Source of the DNA: Thermodesulfobacteriota bacterium
GTDB taxonomy: Bacteria; Desulfobacterota_D; UBA1144; Nemesobacterales; Mycalebacteriaceae
Reading direction: 5' to 3'
Length of the DNA stretch: 64,000 nucleotides
Assembly (NCBI GenBank): GCA_965205855.1
Contig: OZ242184.1
Coordinates: 959,454 to 1,023,453 of the forward strand
The first letter of the stretch is position 1, and each line of letters starts with the position of its first letter. The notes under the pieces were generated by a model. The model was given only the letters and a program-made list of their open reading frames with translations. It did no database searches and was not told the DNA's origin. Positions 44,880 to 57,607 of this stretch are shown here, in pieces. Position numbers and translations under genes: made by a program.

Positions 44880-45034
44880 CGCTCCCCCAGCTAAAGCAGG
44901 GGAGCTCCTGAAAGAACGGAGTTTCTCGCGGATAAAGCTGGTCAGACTTTTGATGTAACGCCCTTCACGTTTTTTCTATAGATATCTTTGATAATTACAT
45001 GATAAAGTACGGCTTTGCCGTATATAATTAACCC

Positions 45035-45343
45035 ATGAACACAATCATCGAAACCAGGGGATTCAGCGCAAAGGCAACTAAAATTTGGACATCAGTACAA
45101 TATGAAAATTTTGTTTTGTACATTGCCGAAAACCCTGACGCTGGTAAAGTGGTTTCCGGTTCTGGTGGAGTAAGAAAGATTCGCTGGGATAAAGAAGGCG
45201 GAGGAAAACAAGGTGGGGTACGAGTCATTTATTTTAATAGTTCTGACCAAAAAACATGGCTTCTTACCCTGTACGCAAAAAATGAACGTGAAAATATTCC
45301 GGCTCATGAATTAAAGAGAATTAAGGAGGCTATCAATGGCTAA
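45035..45343 (+). CDS. higB: HigB-2-type (RelE-superfamily) toxin
   Basis: GSGGVRKIRWDKEGGGKQGGVRVIYFNSSDQKTWLLTLYAKNERENI parallels Vibrio HigB-2 (GTGGLRKIRV...GKRGGSRIIYY...LLTIYGKNE) as recalled. Confidence 0.75.
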   Translation: MNTIIETRGFSAKATKIWTSVQYENFVLYIAENPDAGKVVSGSGGVRKIRWDKEGGGKQGGVRVIYFNSSDQKTWLLTLYAKNERENIPAHELKRIKEAING

Positions 45344-45623
45344 GGCTAAGAAAATGAGTAAAGCTGGACAAGAACTACTTGATGATGTGCGAGCTATCAA
45401 AGCTGGCGCACCGGCTAAAGTCTGGACACCAGAAAAGTTGCTTGTTATTTCTGTTAGAAAGCAGCTAAAAAAATCACAGCTATCCTTTTCAAAATTGTTG
45501 GGTGTCCCTTTAGGCACAATCAGAGATTGGGAACAAGGACGTAAGCAGCCTGACAGTGCTGCGGTAACTCTCATTAAGGTCGCTCAAAAAAACCCTAAAG
45601 TATTAGAGGAAGTCTCTGGTTAA
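45336..45623 (+). CDS. higA: HigA-2-type XRE-HTH antitoxin
   Basis: SQLSFSKLLGVPLGTIRDWEQGRKQPDSAAVTLIKVAQKNPKVL. Overlaps the higB 3' end by 8 nt. Confidence 0.75.
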   Translation: MAKAKKMSKAGQELLDDVRAIKAGAPAKVWTPEKLLVISVRKQLKKSQLSFSKLLGVPLGTIRDWEQGRKQPDSAAVTLIKVAQKNPKVLEEVSG

Positions 45624-45663
45624 TGTAACGACAAAAAAGTTAGCTAAGAAATTAAGACAAATT

Positions 45664-46851
45664 ATGAGCAAAATTGATGAATTGATAAACGAACATTGCC
45701 CGGATGGGGTGGAATATACAACTCTAGGAGGAATAGGTAAGTTATCAAGAGGACGCGTAATGTCAAAGGATTATCTGCGGGATAATGCTGGAGAATATCC
45801 CGTTTATTCTTCGCAAACAGCCAGCAATGGAGTGTTTGGTCGAATTAACACTTACGACCAAGATGGAACATTCATAACATGGACAACTGACGGTGCGAAT
45901 GCTGGTTCAATTTTTTTTCGTGAGAATGAAAAGTTTAGTATCACAAATGTTTGTGGTTTGATCAGCAATAGTTCGCCGGAAAAAATTGATCTCAAATTTC
46001 TTTATTATGTCTTATGTGTTACCGCAAAAAGTTATGTGTATAGCGGCATGGGCAACCCAAAGCTCATGAGTAATGTAATGTCCACGATTAAGGTTCCCCT
46101 CCCCCCCCTTCCGGTACAACAAGAAATCGTGCGGATTCTGGACGCATTTACCTCCCTTACAGCCGAGCTTACAGCCGAGCTTACAGCCGAGCTTACAGCC
46201 CGCAAAAAACAATACAACTATTATCGTGATCAACTGCTGAGTTTTGATGGGTCTGATATATTCGAAGATTTAGGAAAGGTTTGTCATGTCTCCTCGGGCG
46301 GCACTCCATCAAGATCTAAAAGAGAATTTTGGGAAAATGGTAATGTTCCTTGGCTCAAATCCGAGTCATGTAATAATGAGTCCGTTTATTATGCAGATAA
46401 TTTCATAACAGAGTTGGGATTAAAGAACTCTAGCGCCAAACTATTAGAAAAAGACACTGTTTTGATCGCCTTAGTTGGTGCCACCATTTTCAAAACTGCT
46501 TACCTAGAATTTGAAGGTACAACTAATCAAAATATTGCAAACATCAAATCAATAGATCACAACGTGCTAAATAATAAGTTTGTTTTTTATTACATAACAA
46601 ATTTGTACAGCGAACTAAAGTCCAAGATGCGTAATTATGGGATGCTAAATTTATCAACACTGAAACAGTTCAAAATCCCCATCCCGCCACTTCCGGTACA
46701 GGAAGAAATTGTTGCCATACTCGATAAATTTGATGCGCTGACAAACTCTATTAGCGAAGGTTTGCCGCGTGAAATTGAATTACGAAACAAGCAATATGAA
46801 TACTACCGCGACCTGCTTTTGAGCTTCCCCAAACCTGAGGCGGCAGCGTAG
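45664..46851 (+). CDS. hsdS: Type I restriction-modification system, specificity subunit (type IC-like)
   Basis: Two TRDs separated by the conserved IVRILDAFTSLTAELTAELTAELTARKKQYNYYRDQLLSF. Distal conserved region IVAILDKFDALTNSISEGLPREIELRNKQYEYYRDLLLSFPKPE. Confidence 0.95.
   Translation: MSKIDELINEHCPDGVEYTTLGGIGKLSRGRVMSKDYLRDNAGEYPVYSSQTASNGVFGRINTYDQDGTFITWTTDGANAGSIFFRENEKFSITNVCGLISNSSPEKIDLKFLYYVLCVTAKSYVYSGMGNPKLMSNVMSTIKVPLPPLPVQQEIVRILDAFTSLTAELTAELTAELTARKKQYNYYRDQLLSFDGSDIFEDLGKVCHVSSGGTPSRSKREFWENGNVPWLKSESCNNESVYYADNFITELGLKNSSAKLLEKDTVLIALVGATIFKTAYLEFEGTTNQNIANIKSIDHNVLNNKFVFYYITNLYSELKSKMRNYGMLNLSTLKQFKIPIPPLPVQEEIVAILDKFDALTNSISEGLPREIELRNKQYEYYRDLLLSFPKPEAAA
46156..46200 (+). 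repeat. 12-bp tandem repeat cttacagccgag x 3.75 (encodes LTAE/TAEL units) in the central conserved region of hsdS
   Basis: Read directly: units at 46156-67, 46168-79 and 46180-91, plus a partial unit at 46192-46200. Confidence 0.95.
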
Positions 46852-46852
46852 G

Positions 46853-46977
46853 ATGAGCCGGACACTATCTAATGAGACCGTTGCGGAGCCAACGCTGCAA
46901 GAAAAGCAAACCGTTGCTTTTCTTTTGAAGCACTTGCTTAAAGAATATAATATCAAACAGACTGGCGAACAGAAATA

Positions 46978-46978
<1 letters not shown>
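46853..46978 (+). CDS. 41-codon micro-ORF tightly packed between hsdS and hsdR
   Basis: [41 protein letters not shown]. Its ATG lies 1 nt after the hsdS TAG, and its TAA overlaps the hsdR ATG (TAATG at 46976-46980). Confidence 0.3.
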
Positions 46979-50079
<3,101 letters not shown>

Positions 50080-50418
50080 AAAAACGATGACCTAAAGCTG
50101 CTGAGCCTTGTAAAGAAGGGCCTCAGCCTCCCTACTCCGAACCAGCCCCCTGAGTTTGCGACCACCCGCCCGGACCCGGCGCATGAACTGCTCAGGCACC
50201 TCGCCATGTTCCTCGCGGTTGATTTTACGGCGCAGTGTTGAGCGCTGGAGTGCTCCGCCGCCGAGATATCCGCCAATGTTACCAAACAGGTGAAATATGT
50301 CAGTCCGATATGGGGTGTTTTTATAGAGAGCAAGTCAATTGCAAACAGCAAAGAAGCCCGCAAATGCTGGACTTTTCAGGTTAGTCATCAAACGACATAT
50401 GAGGGTTTGTTTGTAGTC

Positions 50419-50511
<93 letters not shown>

Positions 50512-50566
50512 GTCTGAAGCGATTAATATTAACCTAATCGGGCAAATCCTGAAACCGGCGGTGACT

Positions 50567-51973
50567 TTAATTCTTCTCCTTGTTTTCAAAAGAGATTTGA
50601 AGCAGGCGAAGAACGGACTTTTCTCCGTTCTTAACTCGCAACGGGATATCACCGGGAATTTCAAGCAGGTCTCCCGCAGACAATGTTACGCTCTTATTGC
50701 CAAGCGTAGCTTCCGCGTGTCCTTCGAGAACAAACATATACCCGTCGGACACTTGCGGGGCGTATTCCATCTTCTCAAACACACGGACATTGCTGACCGA
50801 AAAAACCCGTCCCTTTTCCACAAAATCCCGCGAACCCCATATGTCCTCGGTGCGCGCGTGGTTAACGGTTTCGGTCCTTCCCGAGCGTATCAAACCGTCA
50901 ACAACGGTTTTGATTTCCGTACTGCGTTTTATGTCGGATACAAGAAGAGCGTCTCCCTCATCAACAATCGCAATCCCCTTGAGCCCGTTGGCGACAACCA
51001 GCCTGCCGCCCGCCGCGCGCACCAGACAGTCTTCACAATCTTCAAGCACCGCATCACCCGTGGCGACATTGCCACCCTTCTTCTTTTTTGAGAATTTATG
51101 GACCGCTTCCCACGAGCCTATATCGCTCCATAGAAAACTTGCCGGAACAACCGCTCCGAGATCCGTTTTCTCCATAACAGCAAAGTCCATTGATATATCC
51201 GGAGCGCGCGCATAGCTGTCCGCATCCGGAACACCAGAGGCGTTTTCTTTTGAAAGCGACTTCCGCACGGCGGAAAAAACCTGCGGGGCATGCTGCTTCA
51301 ATTGCTCAATCATAACGCGCCCCTTGAAAACAAAGATTCCACAGTTCCACAGAAAAGAGTCTTTTACATATTTTTTCGCCTTCCGAAGATCGGGCTTTTC
51401 CGCAAAGTGCTTTATTGAAAAAACATTGCCTCCGCATTCGGGCAGAGTTTCTCCTTTCTGGATATAGCCGTATCCGGTATCGGGAAATGCCGGCTCAACT
51501 CCAATAGTTGCTATAAAACCTTTTCTCGCCGCGGCGATGGAGGTTGTCAGCGCTTTCCAGAAAAGATCGCTCTCGCCGATTAAATGGTCAGAGGGGGAAA
51601 CCACAAAAACAGCGTCTTCGTCTTCCGGCAATTCACCCATGGCCCGCATAACTCCCAAGGCTATTGCCGGCGCGGTGTTTCTTGAAAGCGGTTCCGGAAC
51701 AAGGCTGACCCTCGCGCCTCCAAAGTCCATTCTGTCCAAATGGGAACGGAAAACCTCTCTGTGGGAAGCGCCAAGAAGCACCGATATCTCCGGTGATACA
51801 TCCCTGGAAGACAAAAGTTTGATTGCCGACCCCAGAAGAGACAAACCCTCTCCTGGCGAAAAAAGCGGTTTTGGATAAAGGCGACGGGACGAGGGCCAGA
51901 GTCTTTTGCCCGACCCTCCCGCCATAAGGAAGTATAATGTGCGAATGTTTTCCGAGTCGTTTGGGAGGGTCAT
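50567..51973 (-). CDS. manC: Mannose-1-phosphate guanylyltransferase / mannose-6-phosphate isomerase
   Basis: LMAGGSGKRLWPSSR N-terminal nucleotidyltransferase motif and a C-terminal cupin. 468 aa. Confidence 0.9.
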   Translation of the reverse strand: MTLPNDSENIRTLYFLMAGGSGKRLWPSSRRLYPKPLFSPGEGLSLLGSAIKLLSSRDVSPEISVLLGASHREVFRSHLDRMDFGGARVSLVPEPLSRNTAPAIALGVMRAMGELPEDEDAVFVVSPSDHLIGESDLFWKALTTSIAAARKGFIATIGVEPAFPDTGYGYIQKGETLPECGGNVFSIKHFAEKPDLRKAKKYVKDSFLWNCGIFVFKGRVMIEQLKQHAPQVFSAVRKSLSKENASGVPDADSYARAPDISMDFAVMEKTDLGAVVPASFLWSDIGSWEAVHKFSKKKKGGNVATGDAVLEDCEDCLVRAAGGRLVVANGLKGIAIVDEGDALLVSDIKRSTEIKTVVDGLIRSGRTETVNHARTEDIWGSRDFVEKGRVFSVSNVRVFEKMEYAPQVSDGYMFVLEGHAEATLGNKSVTLSAGDLLEIPGDIPLRVKNGEKSVLRLLQISFENKEKN

Positions 51974-53463
51974 TTTTCTACATCCTGATGGGAAGGACGC
52001 AACAAGTCAAAAACTTCCTTGACCGGATTGAAGTCCGAGTCCGGAATTTCCGCAAACACAGTGTTCCATCCGGACATTCCACCGTTCCAGAGTCCGGGCA
52101 ACTCAAGGGCTCTGACAGGACGCCCGGCGAACATCTTTTCCGTAATCATAAAAACTTTGTCGCCGTATTCACGGAGGTTGAACCGCTCGCCGTTGCGGGC
52201 TTTCATAAAGCAAATCATATCAACCGGATTGAAATGCGTTAAAGATTTGCTTATCCCGTCCTGAACCGAACAGTCCGAACGAATTTGAACTGACTCCACA
52301 ATCTGAGGGGATATTCGTCCGAAACCGTCTTTCGCCCAAAAAGGCCCGCCACCCGGCTCTCCGGTGTTCTTTACTACCCCACAGACTCTGAGAGGCCTGT
52401 CCAGAGCGTCTTTGAAAAAACTGAGAAGATCTTCCGGAGACTCATTCTCTCCGCGAGGTAAAAAGCCGAACTTCAAACAGAAACTCCGGGCTTTGCAAAT
52501 TGTATCACGCCCCGGACTTCCTTTTTCCAGTTCGGACAACAGAGCGCGTATACTGTCAGCGGTCTCAATAAGCAGACCGGCAAGCGCCTTTCTCCAAAAC
52601 GCGGGAGGTCGAGAAACCCGGCTGCCGTGGGCGATGTTATCTATATTGGAGATAAAAACCATGTCCGCACAGACGGCGCTTAAGTTGTCAAGAAGCGCCC
52701 CGTGTCCCGCGGGACGAAAGACAAGACCGCCGGACTCATCGGTAAGAAGATTTCCCGAAACATCAAGGGCAACAGTGTCAGTTTCAGGTTTCTGAAAAGA
52801 GAGAGAAACTTCCGTTTTTTCTCTGCTGCGCGTAGCGGCGCGGATATGCTCCTCCGCTACGTCGAGAAAATGCTGAGGAACCGTGAAGTGAACCCTGCAC
52901 ACGCCGTCCGGTCCGCGTGCATAGAAGTTTGCAAAGTCCATTTGCTCTTCAAAAGCAGTTTTGGAAAAGTCTCCGTAACGGTGGAACTTCACAAGCCCCT
53001 TGGGAATATCTTTATATCCAAGACCTTCGGGTGAAAGGACAAGATTCGCAATGTCGCCGTGACTGTGAAAATCGGCAATCGGCTCAATGCCGCCGCGTTT
53101 TGCCAAGACAGTTTTTAAGTCGTCAAAAAAAGCGAAGCGTTCAATGTTTCCGGCAAAACTCTCAAGGGATTTTCTATCTCCGGAAATCAGGCGCGAAAAC
53201 ATCCTGCTTGCCGCTCCCGAAGCGGGAATAAAAGCGACCGGAATCAGATCTTGAGCAACGCGCTTTTCATACAGCTCACAGTAGAGGCGGGTTTGCGGCG
53301 CAGACATTGCGACAATTCCGTCTCCGACAGCGCAGGCTCTGTCCAGATAAACAAAAGACAGCGGAGTTTTCAGGGTTTCCGCCATCGATAGAACGGCACT
53401 ACGTGAAACGCCTCTTTTTTCAAGCTGTTTTTCGGCCTTTTCGCCAAGGACTGGTTTGTTCAT
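51970..53463 (-). CDS. DUF4301-like protein (pyrophosphorylase-like fold)
   Basis: FIPASGAASRMF motif, about 500 aa, overlaps the manC start by 4 nt. Family assignment is from memory. Confidence 0.5.
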   Translation of the reverse strand: MNKPVLGEKAEKQLEKRGVSRSAVLSMAETLKTPLSFVYLDRACAVGDGIVAMSAPQTRLYCELYEKRVAQDLIPVAFIPASGAASRMFSRLISGDRKSLESFAGNIERFAFFDDLKTVLAKRGGIEPIADFHSHGDIANLVLSPEGLGYKDIPKGLVKFHRYGDFSKTAFEEQMDFANFYARGPDGVCRVHFTVPQHFLDVAEEHIRAATRSREKTEVSLSFQKPETDTVALDVSGNLLTDESGGLVFRPAGHGALLDNLSAVCADMVFISNIDNIAHGSRVSRPPAFWRKALAGLLIETADSIRALLSELEKGSPGRDTICKARSFCLKFGFLPRGENESPEDLLSFFKDALDRPLRVCGVVKNTGEPGGGPFWAKDGFGRISPQIVESVQIRSDCSVQDGISKSLTHFNPVDMICFMKARNGERFNLREYGDKVFMITEKMFAGRPVRALELPGLWNGGMSGWNTVFAEIPDSDFNPVKEVFDLLRPSHQDVEK

Positions 53464-53473
53464 AAATTATACA

Positions 53474-53552
53474 TGGCGGCGCCGACGGGACTTGAACCCG
53501 CGGCCTCTGCCTTGACAGGGCAGCGCTCTAAACCAAACTGAGCTACGGCGCC
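53474..53552 (-). tRNA. tRNA-Asp(GUC), CCA encoded
   Basis: Reverse complement ggcgccgtagctcagtttggtttagagcgctgccctGTCaaggcagaggccgcgggttcaagtcccgtcggcgccgcca. Confidence 0.9.
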
Positions 53553-53587
53553 ATTTTTAAATGCTGTCCACACCGGACGGACCCGCA

Positions 53588-53662
53588 TGGTGGGCGGTAC
53601 CGGATTTGAACCAGTGACATCCTGCTTGTAAGGCAGGCGCTCTCCCGCTGAGCTAACCGCCC
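53588..53662 (-). tRNA. tRNA-Val(UAC), CCA encoded
   Basis: Reverse complement gggcggttagctcagcgggagagcgcctgcctTACaagcaggatgtcactggttcaaatccggtaccgcccacca. Confidence 0.9.
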
Positions 53663-53792
53663 GCTCAAGTAAACGGGGTTTTACTTTAACTGAAAAGAAC
53701 AATAAGAAAAGAAGATTAATATTTGCCGCTAATTTTCTATTTTTACAAAGATCGTAGAAATTAAGGATGTTTACCATATTCTCCACTTAGAC

Positions 53793-54215
53793 CTATTTTC
53801 CGCTTGGATTGCTTTTGCCTTCCACTCTTCCGCTTCTTGTCTGGCTTGCGTCAGTGCCTTTTGTTGATTTTTTGTTAATCTCAAACCGTTCAGACCTTTG
53901 TTTTTGATTTTTTACCTGTGTTTCTGCTAATTTAGCCCGTTCTTTTTGAGATTCTAATTCAATATCCGGCCGCTCCAATTGTTTCTTTCATCTCTTCGCC
54001 GTTAATGTTTCCCACCATACTTCTTGTTTAACTTTTATAGGTTCTTGCTCTGCCTTTTCCGCTCTCGCTTTCCACTTTTCTGCTTCTACTATTGCCTCTC
54101 TTGCTATTTGTTTGATTTTTTGTATGTTTTTCACTACTCATCACACTTCATCTTTGTCCATTCCCTGCGTGAAATCTACCTGTCTTGTCCCATACTCCCG
54201 CACGGCAATACACAT
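53793..54215 (-). pseudogene. Decayed coiled-coil gene with internal repeats, broken by stops and a frameshift
   Basis: Minus-strand pieces are MCIAVREYGTRQVDFTQGMDKDEV*, VKNIQKIKQIAREAIVEAEKWKARAEKAEQEPIKVKQEVWWETLTAKR*, ...LERPDIELESQKERAKLAETQ..., and in another frame QARQEAEEWKAKAIQAENR. Confidence 0.3.
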
Positions 54216-54231
54216 TATATTATTGTGGAAA

Positions 54232-55539
54232 TTACGACCCGACTTTTTTGCGAAGGTTGTAGTGGAAAAGCGGTTTTCCCTCTCTTTTGACCACTTCTTC
54301 AGTTATCACGCAACGGTTCAAATCCTTGTCCGAAGGGACATCGTAGAGAATGTCCAGCATGATGGATTCAAGAATTGACCGCAACCCGCGCGCGCCGGTT
54401 TTCCTCTTTATGGACTCTTTCGCTATCAACTGGAGCGCTGAGTCTGTGAACTGGAGATCAACGCCCTCAAGGCTCATAAGTTTTGTATATTGCTTCACAA
54501 GGGCGTTGCGCGGCTGTGTGAGTATCCTGACGAGTGAATCCTCGCCCAACTCGTCAAGGGTCGCTATGACAGGAACTCTTCCCACAAATTCCGGTATCAA
54601 ACCGTACTCTATCTGGTCTTCCATCTGCACATCCTTTAACTCGTTCGAGCTGGTTACCGTTGTGGTTGTTCGCGCGGCATCTTCGGTGTTGAAACCTATT
54701 GACCTCTTTCCTTTTCTTCTTCTGACTATTTCCTCAAGACCGAAAAAGGCTCCGCCACATATAAACAGAATGTTTGCGGTATCCACCTGAACAAAATCCT
54801 GTTGCGGGTGCTTTCTCCCTCCCTTGGGTGGCACATTGGTTTTCGTGCCCTCCATTATTTTGAGAAGCGCCTGTTGCACGCCCTCGCCGGACACATCGCG
54901 CGTGATTGAAGGGCTGTCCCCGGTCTTGCGCGCCAGTTTGTCTATCTCGTCTATGTATATGATTCCCTTTGACGCTTTTTCAAGGTCGTAGTCCGCATCC
55001 TGAAGAAGGCTGACTATCATGTTCTCCACATCCTCGCCGACATACCCGGCTTCGGTGTAGCAGGTCGCGTCAACAATCGCAAAGGGAACCTTCAGCATTC
55101 TTGCAAGGGTTTGAGCAATAAGGGTTTTTCCCGACCCCGTCGGCCCGATAAGCATCACATTGCTTTTCTGTATCTCAACATCGTCCGCGTCGGTTTTGAA
55201 CCCGCCGGATTCAAACGTCTCGATGCGCCTGTAGTGGTTGTGCACCGCAACCGAAAGTACCCTTTTTGCGTAGTCCTGACCGATTACATATTCATCCAGA
55301 AAACTCTTGATTTCCGGAGGCGTCATAAGGGAAGTCACAGAATCCCCGGATTTTAAGTAACTGCCCGATTTGGAATGCCTCTCTTTCTCTTCCTCCTCTT
55401 TGATAATCTCATTGCAGAGCTCTATGCACTCATTGCAGATATAAACATCATTGGGACCGGCGATGAGTTTTGAAACATCGCTTTTTCCCTTACTGCAAAA
55501 TGAGCAGATTTGTCCCGCTTCTTTTCCGCCACGCCTCAT
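54232..55539 (-). CDS. clpX: ATP-dependent Clp protease ATP-binding subunit ClpX
   Basis: Zinc ribbon CSFCSKGK...CNECIELC, Walker [19 protein letters not shown]. Confidence 0.97.
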   Translation of the reverse strand: MRRGGKEAGQICSFCSKGKSDVSKLIAGPNDVYICNECIELCNEIIKEEEEKERHSKSGSYLKSGDSVTSLMTPPEIKSFLDEYVIGQDYAKRVLSVAVHNHYRRIETFESGGFKTDADDVEIQKSNVMLIGPTGSGKTLIAQTLARMLKVPFAIVDATCYTEAGYVGEDVENMIVSLLQDADYDLEKASKGIIYIDEIDKLARKTGDSPSITRDVSGEGVQQALLKIMEGTKTNVPPKGGRKHPQQDFVQVDTANILFICGGAFFGLEEIVRRRKGKRSIGFNTEDAARTTTTVTSSNELKDVQMEDQIEYGLIPEFVGRVPVIATLDELGEDSLVRILTQPRNALVKQYTKLMSLEGVDLQFTDSALQLIAKESIKRKTGARGLRSILESIMLDILYDVPSDKDLNRCVITEEVVKREGKPLFHYNLRKKVGS

Positions 55540-56159
55540 TTTTGCGCCGCCTTTTCGGATTCCTTAAGGGACTCTCCGCAATCCATTATGGAGTCCACTA
55601 TTCCGTATTTCATCGCCTCTCCGGCAGTCATGAAAAAATCCCTGTCGGTATCTTTCTCAATGTTTTCAAGCGTCTGACCGGTATGAGACTTCAGTACTCT
55701 GTTAAGCTCCTTGCGGACTCTCAATATCTCCTTTGCGTGTATCTCTATGTCGCTCGCCTGCCCCTGAACACCGCCGAGAACCTGATGTATCATAATCCTT
55801 GAATGCGGGAGCGCGTATCTGCGTCCCGAAGCTCCTCCGGCAAGCAAAACCGCCGCCATACTCGCCGCCTGTCCTATACACATAGTGGAAATTTCCGCTT
55901 TCACATGTTGCATGGTGTCATAAATCGCAAGACCCGAAGTAACATTTCCGCCCGGAGAATTTATATACAGATGCACAGGCTTGTCCGGTTCTTCGGACTC
56001 AAGAAACATCAACTGAGCAATGACAAGATTGGCAACCGTGTCGTCAATAACAGAGCCTATGAAAATTATCCTGTCTTTAAGAAGACGGGAAAAAATGTCA
56101 TAGGAACGCTCACCCCTTCCTGTTTGCTCCACAACAAATGGAACATAATTAGACATCAC
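55536..56159 (-). CDS. clpP: ATP-dependent Clp protease proteolytic subunit
   Basis: Catalytic Ser context [11 protein letters not shown] and His context IMIHQ. Confidence 0.97.
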   Translation of the reverse strand: MMSNYVPFVVEQTGRGERSYDIFSRLLKDRIIFIGSVIDDTVANLVIAQLMFLESEEPDKPVHLYINSPGGNVTSGLAIYDTMQHVKAEISTMCIGQAASMAAVLLAGGASGRRYALPHSRIMIHQVLGGVQGQASDIEIHAKEILRVRKELNRVLKSHTGQTLENIEKDTDRDFFMTAGEAMKYGIVDSIMDCGESLKESEKAAQK

Positions 56160-56204
56160 CTTTAGAATTTTTATTCTATGTCTTTTCGGCTCGGAATGTC
56201 AATC

Positions 56205-57515
56205 TCAACTTTTCTTTACGGCGGGGTTTGCGGGCACGGCGGGTTTTTCAGTTTTTATGTTGGAATGTTCACGGATAAAAACCAGAACCTTGGCGCTTAC
56301 AATCTGTGAATTCAGACCGTTGAGAAGTCTGTTTTGTTCGTAGTATTCTTTCACTTGTGCAGAAGTAACTCCGGACTGTGCGGCGATATCGGAGAAACGT
56401 TTTTCAAGATCGCTTTCAAGCGCCTCAATGGACTCTGCGTCCGCTATCCTGCTTATAATTAAAGACAGTTTGACATTATCTCGCGCCCTTGTTCTCAAAG
56501 TCTCAGACGCCTTTTCGTCAATCGGGGGAACTTTGGCGCCACGGGATTCAAAATCTCTTTTCATCTCGGCTTCAAGCCTGCTTTTTTCCTCGGAGATAAG
56601 ACGTTCGGGAATTTCAAAATCCGAGTTTTCGCCCAGTTTGGAAAATATCTGTTCATCAAGACTCGCATTCCTCATCGCTTCAAGGCGTGCTTCCAAATCC
56701 TTTTCTATCTTGACCTTCAAATCGGCAATGCTGTCGCTTCCGACATTCTTTGCGAAACTGTCGTCGGGTGCGGGGACGGTTCTGTTAAAAACCTGATTTA
56801 CCTTCAAGTTGAATTTGACCGATTTCCCGGCCGCTTCTTTTATCTGAAAATTCTCAGGATATGAGACTTCAAAATCCTTTTCTTCTCCGGCGGACATGCC
56901 GACTATGTTTTTCTCAAAATTTTCTATCAACTGCCCCTTTCCGAGAAGAAATCTGACACCGCTTTTTTCAAGCCCTTCTATTGTTTTTCCGTCTATGGTT
57001 CCCTTGTAGTCAACTTCAACGACATCGCCCGCCGCAGACGGTTTTTTCTCTTCATACGGCTCCAGTTCCGCAGACCTCTCAACTATCTGCTCAAGGGCGC
57101 GTTCAACATCCTCCGCCGAGACGGAAATCGGGCTTTGAGACAGTTCAAGGTCTTTATAGGGAGGCAGTTCAAAATCCGGCAAGACATCAAACACCGCCGA
57201 GTAGAGAAACTCCTTTTCAAGACCGACATCGCCCGGAGTAATAGCGGGTCTGCTTACCGGAGAAAGTGAAACTTCCTTCAGTGCGTCCGGAAAACTGTTT
57301 GAAACAAGGTTTGAAACCAGTTCTTCTTTGATTTCTTTGCCGAAAAGTTTTTCTATCTGCTCGTTGGGAACCTTTCCCTTTCTGAACCCGTCCACTTTGG
57401 CGTCTCGCTTGAACCGTTTGAATATCTCATCCCGTTCACGGCGGACGGTATCTGTGGGAATAACCACATCAATCTTCTTTTCCGTGGCGCTACGGTCTTC
57501 TAAATTGACTTTCAT
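56205..57515 (-). CDS. tig: Trigger factor
   Basis: GFRKGKVP ribosome-binding motif, a central FKBP-like domain, 436 aa, upstream of clpP-clpX. Confidence 0.95.
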   Translation of the reverse strand: MKVNLEDRSATEKKIDVVIPTDTVRRERDEIFKRFKRDAKVDGFRKGKVPNEQIEKLFGKEIKEELVSNLVSNSFPDALKEVSLSPVSRPAITPGDVGLEKEFLYSAVFDVLPDFELPPYKDLELSQSPISVSAEDVERALEQIVERSAELEPYEEKKPSAAGDVVEVDYKGTIDGKTIEGLEKSGVRFLLGKGQLIENFEKNIVGMSAGEEKDFEVSYPENFQIKEAAGKSVKFNLKVNQVFNRTVPAPDDSFAKNVGSDSIADLKVKIEKDLEARLEAMRNASLDEQIFSKLGENSDFEIPERLISEEKSRLEAEMKRDFESRGAKVPPIDEKASETLRTRARDNVKLSLIISRIADAESIEALESDLEKRFSDIAAQSGVTSAQVKEYYEQNRLLNGLNSQIVSAKVLVFIREHSNIKTEKPAVPANPAVKKS

Positions 57516-57607
57516 AATAAAACCTCACCCTTAAAACAGGGGTGAAGGATACACGGGGAGCGGGAAAGTTCAAACTTTACAAGCATGATTTGCGTATAAT
57601 TGGCTTT

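Noticed and set aside
46156-46200. Tandem repeats considered as a possible CRISPR or minisatellite
   Set aside because: The units are contiguous 12-mers with no spacers, lie inside hsdS and keep the reading frame (TAEL units). No CRISPR-like repeat-spacer array exists anywhere in the window.
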